From Balanoglossus misakiensis (lineage: Eukaryota; Animalia; Hemichordata), in contig CM082586.2 of NCBI GenBank assembly GCA_040954595.2, positions 62,001 through 126,000 of the forward strand: DNA of 64,000 bases. Reading direction: 5' to 3'. Made by a program: the position numbers and the translations under genes. The notes beneath the pieces were generated by a model that ran no database searches, was not told the DNA's origin, and saw nothing but the letters and a program-made list of their open reading frames with translations. The first letter of the stretch is position 1. Each line of letters starts with the position of its first letter. Below are positions 52,401 through 64,000 of the stretch, in pieces.

Positions 52401-55400
52401 CAAAAACAGCGACGGAAAAGTTAAGAAACTCGTTAGTTCTGATCAGAAAGTCCTTAAGTTTATTATCTGCGATGTGGCGTATCAACAAATGCCAAAATTC
52501 ACAAAGTGACCTAGATATTAGTTGCAACAGTAAATAACTCACCGTGGCACACGAGAAAATTCATTCTGGTCAGCTGTTTGCTAAAAATGGAATTTCGATT
52601 ACAGCTTAGAATTTGTAAAATTAAAATTCGATTGTGAAGGAAATACAGAGTGGAAAATGAAATCTGTAATAGAATTCGTATTGATTGAAACGTGTTCGTA
52701 TAGATTCTGTGCACATAAACAAGCATCTGTATGTATTAGAAAACTCAATTTCCGGGAGATGATAATTATAGTTTGCAGGACAATTTCCAACTTTGGCTCC
52801 AAATATGAATCAAACTAGCCGAACAGGCGCGTGTGGAGACTAAGACACAAAGACGATAAAAATGAGTGGAGGGCGTATTTCTTCTGCGCAGGCGTTGTGG
52901 TTAGAGAGTGAGAATCTGGTCGGAGTATTGTGGGTATGAACGTTGTCACGTCGTGACACTGAGCAATGGACGCCAGTGACGTCACTTCCCGTTGTTTCTC
53001 TCCGCCATGGAGTAACTCGAAGAGCACTGAAGACACTGAGAGATTGTCATGTATGTGTTTAGCTCTCTTGCGCTGGTAACGGTTGTCTGTGTAGACTGTA
53101 GTTTGCTCCTCGGGGTGTTGTTGAGCGGAAATAAATTATATCCAGTGACTATAGCGCACATAGTGGACGTATGCGCTAAATAAGAAGCCATTATTGTACT
53201 GAAATCTTTTTTTCTGTTTCCTTCCACACTTGAATGATACGAGACAACATTTTACGACATGTTACTATTGGCAAAATTACCTTTCCGCAGCTGTTGCAAA
53301 TTTACTGCTGGGCAATGTTTTGACACAGTAATGCTGCATATACCCCCAAAACTAACAAACTTGTTTTATTCCAAACCTGAACGCATTACTAAAGTCAATG
53401 TTCGCAGAATGGTAGAATCACCGTGGTTTGAATTATCAGCAACTTGAGGGTGTGAGATAAAACGAACATGCACTCAAAAACGGATACTTTATCACGGTAA
53501 TTGACCATAATCATAAAATTGATTCATGTAAGTAGTCTGCGATCAGTAAGTAACTTGCGCGTGTTCGTCATGTAACGGACACTGTTACCATGGCAAAAGA
53601 CATGGGTTCACATTTAATATCCATGTCATTTCGCGTTTGAATCCGTTGTTTGCACCGAAAGTATTGATCATCATTGATGATACATTTTGACATCACGATG
53701 AAATATAAACTAGGGACGGCATTCCACACTACCGATGTTCCTTTGAATATGCGTTGATGTGTGACACGATTCCTTACAGTTGAGATAGCAAATTCACTTC
53801 GTACTGCAACCAATTTGATTTCAAATCACGCATGCCTTTTGACCAACAAACAGATAGGTACGGAATTCGAAAATAACTCAGAGAATTCAATCTTTAAAGC
53901 GAAGCCAGTAAGTTTGTATGTGTTGGGTAACAATGCACAATTATGTCACGAAGTTCCAAATTTCTCTTTTGAGTTTTTTGTGACTTTATGGATTTCTTTC
54001 AAACACACAGACAAAAGAATACTAAATCTACATAATATTATCGCAACAGTTTGACTAATCTCCACGGTACGTCACCTCAACAAAAACATTGATCTGTAGT
54101 ATTGCATCGAGCAATCTCACCCAGCGAAGACATCCTACTCTGCCTATTCATGTACGTGGATATCATACACCATCGGAGAGAATTGTTTTTTCATCGTGCA
54201 TTGGATACTCTGTTACTAACATGTTTAAAAATCATAAACATACAGATCAAGATGAATATTGTAAATTTAAAGAAAACTCACCAAACTACGTCTTATTCAC
54301 CCAAGCTTCAGCGCCAATATCTTTCACGGCTTTCTCCTCTATTACTTGGGTGGATAATTGTGGACTACCGAATTCTGCTATCCGTTGTCAAGTAGAACTT
54401 ATCCAGATCGTCTTCACAAGATTGTTTAGTATTTCTCATGTGCACAGACTCGGCGGAAAGAGAAGACGGTGTGTCGCCTAGGAACCCACTCATGTGTGAA
54501 GTTGAAGTCAGTCGTCCGTTATGTTCCTCCCAACTTATGTTTTATCAGCAACCTTCTGTCATCACAGAACACGGAGCCGTCACCAGAAGAGTGTAATAAC
54601 ACGAAAACACATGTGACAACTTACGTGCGCTGTGGTTGAGTCAAACGTCACCAAAGACCTGATTTTGAAGTCCGCATTTGGGTCTACAGAGCTGCTCCAC
54701 GACACGTTGATATTTGACACAATTCGTGCTTTCAAGGACTCGAAAAGCAGAGGGAGAACATTTCAGAAGGCGGCATCATTGCACCATGTTCGTCTCGAAA
54801 ATCTTATTTTACCTGGGGTATTTTGAGGACTGCAGTACACTCAGGCGGAAGCTAGCGTATATAATCGTAATGTCTTTTACTATAACGTACAGCACTGCGC
54901 ATGCTTGGTTCGGTTGTCACAGTAACATCAATGGTTGATCACGATAAAAGATCAAAAGATTTCAATCGGATTTCACTACAGAGCATGCAGTGTGTACATG
55001 TAGCGTTCCATTTGTTTGTTTGTTTTTTGTTACTATAACAAAAGAAAAATTATGTGTTGTTCCAGCGCTATGCGTTAAATTGGATGACAATGTTACTCGA
55101 TTTCTTTATCATTTGTAATATGTGAAGTGATTTTTCTTTCTTTTACATTGTCTCAGTCTGTCTCTCTCTCCCTCTCTCTCAAAAGACAACGCCCTCTACG
55201 GACGGCTAGGTTACAAAACTCACAATTTTTACCTGACATCAACTGGGCTGGATGTGTAGTAGGCTGATCATATAACTGATTGTACTTGCGGTCAGAAATG
55301 GATGGATTTGAATAAAGGAAGATTCGGTCATGATAATGCCAGATTCTTGGTTGTTCGCTTACTACACTGAAAAAAATTAACAATGCAATAGCGATAAGGA

Positions 55401-57345
55401 CCCGTGAACGGTTGTTGAGCGTTTCAGTGTAAAACTCCAACTTGAAGCAAATGAGGTCAGAGCATTTCACGGCACACCTTTGTACAAGTTTAAGTGTTGG
55501 CCTTTAATTAAAGGATGGAAACATTCATTTATTTTATCCAGATACAGGGTGTTAGTTGAAATTTGCAAAGCAGTGTTTGAACTCTCTTCAGTGAGCAGAA
55601 CAACATTAAGAATAAAACAAAAGAAACCACTATCATATCAAAAGTGGACGGTTTTGTTGCTCTAGTAATGCGTTACTGAAACGTCATTCTAATTATAAAA
55701 AACACTGGTTAATTTATTCCAATATTACAATCTTGACTCAAAACGCTGCAGACCAGTGATTTATATCACGCGATGGTTATCATCTATGGAAACAATTGAT
55801 TGACTTTAACCAGAGCAGAGATAGCAATCTTTGACAACCAATTAACAAACTTGGTCGATTCGATTGGACCAAAGAATGATTAACATGTTATCAGCGTTTC
55901 TATGATAAATCAGGACGGTTCAAGCATAACAGGGTGTTCAATTATTATAACCGGGTGTGCGGGCAAATATTTCGTGTGTCCCACTCAAAATACTCAGTTG
56001 CCAGCAACACAAATTGGACTGAAGGTGAACGAACTTTCGTTATCACACATTTGTAAAGATGGCCCACGGCGGGATTGGAGGAGGAGTATAGACAAAGAGA
56101 TAAGGAGACATAGACAGAATACATAACATGTAGGGTGTTTGACAGACATACCCACAGACAGACAGACAGACAGATAGAAAGGTTGACGGCGTACAGAGAT
56201 TGACACTTTAATGACATTGATATTCGAACGCAGTGATACCAACGCAACATAAACCCGACACAGAAACTCAAAGTTTTAAAGAATACGAGGATACTCATAG
56301 TGATTGACATATAAACCAACAACTTGGGCTGACATAGCGTTCTGTGATTTGTGGATGAATGTTTCCGGGGAAAATAGAAAATACTAATATCGAATGTATT
56401 TATGTTGTCAAACATTTCATAACAGATTAGACTGAAGCATATTTAGATCAACTTGCGACCTACATCTTTGGACTGTCACGGGACCGAATAATTACAGCTA
56501 CGGTCATTGATTAACATGGAATCGTTATAATAGCTTTTGGATTAACAATTCGGATACATCATTAATAATCCTTGTCATCTAGCAAATGAGAAGGCTCGTA
56601 ACAAAGGGACAGTGGCTTAGACAACACCATGAAATTTTGTTGATCTCAGGCTACCAGATATTTTTCTTTGGCAGAGTGCTGTGTTTTCTTTTGTTTTCTA
56701 TTGAAACTTTGAGCGCAGTCTGATAAAACCACATGCATTGACGTTGAAGTTTCTCAAGTCTGCGATCTCTTTATTTTAGTCGATTAAACTCTCACGGAAA
56801 AGCAACTTATATAGTTTGATAAAACCGTTCATCTTCTGACGTCTACGACAAAACTGATTCTGATGTAAACCACATTAAAGTGCGGGTCAAACAACTAATC
56901 GAATCCTGTGGAATCTGTCACGTGACCTGTGCTAAGTCTGTTTGTTATCTGATCAATTGTGATCCAACAATAGTTGACACTCTGATTCGTATTAACCTGG
57001 TACAGTGTCTGTCTATCCCATCGACGTGTTGCTTTATGTTCGGTGCCGAAAAAAAACCTACAAGGTAAGTAAACATTGCTTTCCAGCTCAGTTAAATGGA
57101 AAAGTTACAGTTAATCTTGTCAATTGCTCAAGCCAACATCGTGACATAGAGACAGCATAGGAACAATAATTGATAATAGCATCCTCAAACGACAGTAACT
57201 GTTCTCTATCATTGACGTCACTCAATTGACTTGATGTTGAAATAATTTAAAGTGTGCATTGCATTGGGAAATATATTTAACAATTCAATCATTGCAACAT
57301 GCAATGAACTGTTGTACATCACAAAACATGAATGAGGCATTATTG

Positions 57346-57468
57346 AATTGAATTCAATTCAATTCAATTCAGTTCAATTCAATTCAATTCAATTCAATTC
57401 AATTCAATTCAATTCAATTCGAATCAAACTCAAACTGGAATTGAATTAAATTGAGTTGAATTCAATTC
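57346..57468. repeat. (AATTC)n pentanucleotide microsatellite with short inverted (GAATT)n flanks
   Basis: About 14 AATTC units at 57351-57420, followed by degenerate GAATT units. Confidence 0.92.
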
Positions 57469-58199
57469 GGTTCAGTAGACCTACATTTGTTTTATCATTG
57501 TCTTTTAGCTTCGGCTGACCTGTAAGGTCACCAGTCAGCTAATCACGTGAGTTTGAGGTTCAACGCAAGATAAATATTTATGTTGCGTGCAATAAAACCA
57601 ATTAAAATCTGACCAATACACAGCGGCCAGTTTAGGAGAAAAACGCAAATACCCTTGCCAAAGAGATATAAACACCCGTTAATAATTCATAGTGTTTAAC
57701 GATACTGCGACAAGTACCAGGTGGGACCATCTACCAACAGCGGTACGACAACGCCCCTTGAAACATTTTGATGGCAACAAAATCATAAATGGATGTTTTG
57801 GGAGAAGCCTAAAGAAGCACAAGATTATCTGGACATAGTTGTGGACGCCTTGACATTTATTTTCTCAACAAGTCGCCATGGAATCCAAATTAGTTGTCGC
57901 ATACACTGAGGTTATGTTCACCTCCATTCAGTCAGTGTCAAGTTCATCACATTTATGGAATGTTTTCACGGCTTTTGATACGACAGACCTTTTGTGGTCA
58001 CTGATAGAATATATTTCTTATTCTTTTTTCCCACCTGTTCCACTAATTCAATTATAATTATGAATTACTTGACTTTCGCGCAAATTAAACCACTGCGAAT
58101 AATTTCTGCGGATGTTTTGCGTTTAAAGTAAAGTGGTGTTGTTTTTACAGAATACTGAATCACATTTCTCCATAAAGCTGCGCGCTGTATTGGCCTAAC

Positions 58200-61050
58200 A
58201 TGACCACGTCAACAGAAAAGGCGGAAACATCTTTGGGGAAGACCGAATTCAAATGCGAAGCAATGTCCGACACGGCTAGCACTAAGGAAAACGGATCAAT
58301 TATCGTCGAAGCAATGGATGAAGAAGTAATCGAATGTGGATGGTATGGAATCCGTCCGCAATGGCTTCAAAGATTCAATACTGCTCCATGGTTGCTCTCG
58401 GCGATGAGCGCGTTGATGTTCGTCCAGGGACTTGTGGTCAACGGGTTTGTCTACATCAGTCTATCAACCATCGAAACTCGCTACGGTCTTCCCAGCACAG
58501 CCACCGGCATCATTGTTTCCACTTACGACATCACAGTCGTCGTTCTCATTTTATTCGTATCTTACTTCGGGGCAACTCGCAATAAACCCCGGATGTTGGG
58601 AATTGGTACTGTTATAATGGGTTTCGGGGCCTTAACGTGGTGTATACCGCAACTGACTACCGGAAATTACGAATATGAAACTGGATACGGCGAAGAAGAT
58701 GTTGTGTGCAGACGAGGACAAAACGGAACGGCTTTCACAGATTGCAATGAAGAATACGAGGATCTCTCATACTACTTTATCATTTTTGTGATTGCTCAAA
58801 TCTTACACGGTATTGGAGCGTCGCCCATTTATACTGTTGGAGTTGCATATGTTGACGAAAATGTCGACCATGCTCGATCAGCCTGGTATCAGGGTAAGGG
58901 AATAAAGATTTGGAAAGTCAAATCGTGACATACTATTGTAAGATGGAGCAATAAACAGAATTAAAACTGACTGGATTGTGATAATAATGCATATTGTCTA
59001 AGATTTACACGAAATTATGTATTGTCCACAACAGTAGACCAATATAACATTGAAATATATCTTTCTATTTGTCTGCAACTAATGAGTTGTCTCCATGCTG
59101 TAACTGTCACTGACAATGTCATTATCTTTCCCTACAGGTATTTTAGCCTGTTTCTCCATATTTGGTCCGTGCTGTGGTTTCTTGTTCGGCGCCATTTTCC
59201 TAAGTTTCTGGGTGGATCCACTTGTAGCCGATGAGTAAGTATTGTTGGCGGATGAAAAGTCTTTTTGGACAGAAGACATTAATTATCTTTAATGCGAGGA
59301 ATAATTTTGGTTTAATTGGACTTTTAGACCTTTGACCTCAAGATCATTGGGTTCTTAAAACAATGTCTAACAGTCACGGTGAAAGTACTTTGAACACATT
59401 TCAAAAGTGAAATACGACGAAAATAGAAGTCCTAAACTAACACGTGCATAAACCTTTTTGGTCGGAAACCCTCGCTGTAGCCATCCTTATACGTTGAAGT
59501 AAAAAGGGTTATGATGATGTGGTCGGATTTCATTTTCAGGGTCACCATTACCCCGGATGACCCCGCATGGGTTGGAAATTGGTGGTTTGGATTTTTTATC
59601 GGAGCCTTCCTGGCGTGGATAGTAGCCATTCCAGTAGGGGCCTTTTCATACGTGTTGCCAGGTCTGTATCAATTCAAATGAGGGCGGGCTTTTCGATATC
59701 CCACAACCAGCTCTGGATCATCCGTCTTATTACAAAAATCCAGGATCAAAGAGTTGCCAACTTTATTGTAAGAGTGCATGATAATCTATGGCTCTTCATC
59801 ATGACAGACAGACCCAAAAATGTTTTTTTTTTTATTCAGAGGTGGTGAGAGGGGATTCCTTATGCATCAAAGAAGTAATGTTAATTAGCACCGTTTGAAT
59901 CTCGTTGTTGGCTAATATATGTTGAATTCTAAAAATATTTTGTGGTTTGTTTCAGAAACGAAGGATCTGGAACGGAAATGCCAGGCTCACTATAACGATG
60001 ACGTAGAGTTGTTGAAAACAAGAGCTAATTTTGGACGAGGTTGGAAGGATATGTGGCCAGCCACCAAAATGTTGTTTAGAAATCCGACATACATATTGGT
60101 GTGCTTGGCCAAAGCAGTCATGAGTTTTGTCTTGGCAGGATTCACTCCATTTATACCAAAATTTATTGAAAATCAATTTGGGGTGACGTCATCAGTTGCT
60201 GCCATAATTCTAGGTGAGACGTATTCTACGTAGCTGTACTGGGGGAGGGCTGTTACTGAGTTGTTTAATTCCAATGGTTCCTCGTGTTGTACAAGACAGT
60301 CGAGTTTTTGCTATGCGTGTTATGAAGAAACATAGGCTTAAGGATGCATGTAGTATTGCGTAGACGCATGCGCATATTTCAAGGCATATGTGATGGCCTA
60401 CCATCCTCTGTCCTCAACGAGTAAAATCAAAGTAAAACATTTTCAGAATTTGCGTCTGTTCAGTTTGGACTCACCCTTTCTCCTGAATAAATGAATTTCG
60501 TTTGTGTGTATCGACGTCAAGTAGATTTTTATTGTTCTTTTTCAGCTGTGACATCAATCCCTGGCGCGGCTGGTGGGACTCTACTGGGCGGATATGTCGT
60601 GAAGAAAGGAAAGATGGAAGTCAAGGGAACTGCAAAATTTTCTCTTTTCATAACCGTTGTCACTTTTTTACTGATGTTTATATTCTTATTCAAATGTCCA
60701 ACCCAGCCTGTCGCCGGAGTTATAGTGCCATATGACAACGGGTATGTCCGCTATCCATATGCAGTTATTAATTGGTTTATTTTGATGTAATCTTGTAACC
60801 TGGTCCGTTAATTGACCAATCATCTTTTATTTTATAATGATATGCATATTTGATCTTTTGTAGCACACTCGATGAGGTTAATCTGACGCATGCGTGCAGT
60901 GTGGACTGCCAGTGTGCTGGTACTGAAACGTATATGCCAGTGTGTGGAGTCAATGGTCTCGTTTACTTTGATGCTTGCTATGCGGGTTGTATGGACACAC
61001 CGGATAAAGGAGAGGTAAACAATAATACTATTTTAAAAAACCTACAGTGG

Positions 61051-61108
<58 letters not shown>

Positions 61109-62299
61109 ACACGCGTCTATCTTCATTATTTTTGATTGATTGATTGATTAATTCCCTTTTAGACTTACTACAATTGCAGCTGCATCTTTTCTGATAATCC
61201 CGTTGAACCAGAAGCAGTTTCTGGGAAATGCGAAGAGGACTGTTGGCAAATCTATGTGTTTGTTTCCCTTTTCTTTATCATCATGTTGCTGGGCTTCATG
61301 GTGTTGGCACCAACTACAATTCTTACGTTAAGGTTTGTATCGTCTGGTCTAAGAGTAGAGAATTGTCTGTCTGTTTGTCATCTGCTTTGAGAGACTGATC
61401 AGTGCAGAACAACTACACTTGGCTGCTCAATCGTCGATATGCAGATTATATCTAGAAGTAAGGTACTAAGCCACTAATTTAAGTGAGATTGAATCAAAAT
61501 AAATGAAATAGCCGCCTAGCTTTTTAATCGCCTGTAACATGAGTTTCAGCAGGTAGTTATTTTATATTTATATTTTATGTTTGATAGGAGTGTTCCTGAT
61601 CTACAGAGGGCTTATGCTCTGGGTATGTCCTCAATAATATACAGATTACTCGGTAAGTTAATGCAATTTTGTTAGGTATAAATTAATATTCTCATATCTG
61701 TCTATATACGTTGTTTGTTTACCATAGTCATCGCCTTTTGTCATTTTCAAGTTCTGCATTTTTGTCATGTGTGATCACCATACTGGGATGGGGATGATAA
61801 CCATTGATCACCGTATGCATCAGTTCGTTTTCGTCAATTCCTTTCAAACCATGAGACAGTGCAAAGGTGTGTATCATAACATTTGATAATATAACAATAT
61901 ATGATCACGTTCTCTTGATCACCAGGTACAATACCCGGTCCAATTGTAATAGGAGCTTTGATTGACAGCTCTTGTCTTTTGTGGCAAGAAATCTGTGACT
62001 CGAGGGGAACATGTTGGATCTACGATAATGACGCTTTTGGGTTAAAGTTCACCGTGGTTGGCGTTACTGGGTTCATTATAGCTTCTCTGATCTACATCGC
62101 CATTATCGTCGTATACAAGCCACCCCCTGAATCAACTAAGGAAGAAGAGCTTAAAGCAAGTGCATCAGAACAGCCTATATCTCAGATGGAGGCCGAAACA
62201 AATGCAGCAATTAAGCGTGAGACAAGTACCATCTCACTTCTGGGTTACACCAAAAATGACCCGGATGATGCAGGGAATACTGTAACAGAAACGAAATAG
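58200..62299 (+). CDS. Solute carrier organic anion transporter (OATP), SLCO4A1/4C1-like
   Basis: Exons 58200-58893, 59138-59234, 59540-59661, 59956-60213, 60546-60741, 60864-61014, 61163-61332, 61588-61652, 61926-62299 (TAG). OATP signature DPAWVGNWWFGF, Kazal-like CSVDCQC..YMPVCGVNGLVYFDACYAGC, IDSSCLLWQEICDSRGTCWIYD. A probable non-coding exon ends at 57064, with an acceptor at 58150. Confidence 0.94.
61051..61108. repeat. (ATCT)n microsatellite in an SLCO intron
   Basis: About 14 perfect ATCT units. Confidence 0.95.
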
Positions 62300-62574
62300 A
62301 TCTGAACGTTGTTGGCGCTTTCTAATATACAGTTACGAGCAGATTGTGTTTCAAGGAAAGACTGAGCTTCAAAATATATGTTATCATCAGAACGTTTATT
62401 CTGCAGTGACAGACTGACGTGGGTGCTAACCACATCGCAAAACACGAAGTAACGAACTTGGCTATCCTGTATGTCTCAGTGAAAGACACACGATATATCA
62501 ATTCAGTCAAAGATTATGTTTTATGTTTTATGGCACTTTTTTCAGCATTTTAGATTGCACTTACAATGCATGTG

Positions 62575-64000
62575 TGCTGAGAGCAAATACTTGACTGTTA
62601 CCCAGCACATTACTTCTGAAATGTTTACTGTAAAACGAGATACAAATAAGCCCACAACGAAATTTGATAATATAAAGTGTATTGATATTGCGAATATGAC
62701 TAGTGACCGTCAGTAACGTTTAGGTACAATTTCGAAATATGTTTGTATACAGGAACAAGTTAGTATCGTAGGATGACTTAAAGTTTGTCAAGTTATATAG
62801 GTTGACCCGGTTGGTTGTTGGTTACTAACTTTTTGAGGCAGACATACATTATGTGAATCAATAAAGTGACACCACTCTAATATACTGTAACTGAAATTAT
62901 GTGGGACTGAGGTCCCAAAAATTGCCAAGCATTAGTAAATGACGAGCCTTGGACCAAACAGCCAATTCAACGGTAGTGTAAACATAGCACGTTCGAGCAT
63001 TGACGGAGTAGACCAGTCCGTTACAAGTCCTGGGTTCGATTTACCCTTGCGCAAGGCAGAACGTGCGCTAAGAGATGTGCCGGAAAAATGCAGTATAAAC
63101 TGCTAACCGACCGACCTGAGCGTTGCGCTCACACAAATACCAAGAAAACCTCGGAATTACGATCCGTAGCCTCTCAAAGGTTACAGAAAAATTATCAATC
63201 CTCTCATGAGTCACGGTGTATCCCACAATTACATATAACGCGTAGCCCCCCCCCCTTCAGAAAACGCCCCCAAAAACACAGATGATCGCTACAAATTGGA
63301 CAGCAGGTGTGAATTTTGACATGAGACAACGCGACGCGAACGTACAGGTCCTGCCTTGGCAGCCAAGAGAGCACCGCCCGGCCGCCCGCGTACGTGCAGC
63401 CCGTAGTCTCTAAGGGATGTGCTGGAAAAATGCAGTACATGTATAAACTGCTAACCGACTGACCTGAGCGTTGGGCTCACACAAATACCAAGAAAAACCT
63501 CGGAATTACGATCCGTAGACAACAAAACCTCTCGGAGGTTACAGTAAAAGTGTTCCCACAAACGTGGAGAAAGGTTTGAAGGAAAACAAGAAAGATAAAG
63601 GTAAAGTACGAATTCAGATCACTACACTCGACAGCACGATGCTCACAGTTCAACCACCATGTCTCGTCTGATTTTGGATGTCGAGGGAGTCACTATACAT
63701 GCAACAAGCCCACGTGATACAAGCTCCGGCCCCAATCGTGGAAAATTTAGTTTCTCCTGCTATGGGATGTCTCAGTCTGAGAATCAGGAAAAAGTCGCAT
63801 TTATTGAGATACGAGTCTTGTTTGCGGCGTTGGCCTAGCAATTCCGTGACAACTCCATTGTACTACAGTGCACGTGTGTACGGCGAGTATCAGACAAAAA
63901 TGACCAATTACTGCTTGTAACCCTTGACAATTGCGGAAAGTAAACCCCAACACAATATTTCGCCTGTCAAAACACATGAATGAAATTGATTTACAAAATC
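62575..64000. repeat. Second copy of the flank plus A/B composite element, running off the window end
   Basis: Flank 62575-62885, ATAC|TGTAACTGAAATT at 62886, a partial A unit, a full A unit from about 63190, and a B unit from about 63546; same orientation as the 17-kb copy. Confidence 0.93.

Noticed and set aside
46450-58100. Numerous 60-156-aa ORFs
   Set aside because: Many have non-ATG starts, their composition looks random, and no domain or consistent exon chain was found. Small exons cannot be excluded without transcript data.

Overview
Intron-rich, AT-rich animal genomic DNA; gene content and style suggest a marine invertebrate, but the taxon is only inferred. It contains, in order: (1) the 3' 25 exons of a very large gel-forming mucin/vWF-family gene (236-15738, +), unusual because its cystine knot is internal and is followed by about 950 more residues, with many acidic Ser-Gly-Ser-Gly (GAG attachment-type) motifs and a Gly/Ser/Lys tail; (2) a 6.8 kb composite higher-order tandem array bounded by TGT...ACA termini and a 4-bp ATAC direct repeat, with a second copy starting at about 62.6 kb; (3) LRRC51 with an intronless CDS (-); (4) a 5-exon gene for a death-domain protein with a DEDD-C/TRADD-N-like domain (+); (5) MORN2 (+), with up to four phase-compatible alternative first exons; (6) an unrecognised 355-aa single-exon ORF (-) carrying a full PKI-type PKA pseudosubstrate motif, with RFX X-box-like sites upstream; (7) about 12 kb with no recognisable coding sequence; (8) a 9-exon SLCO4-like organic anion transporter (+). 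Exon boundaries were read by eye from GT-AG sites and reading-frame phase; no database searches were run.
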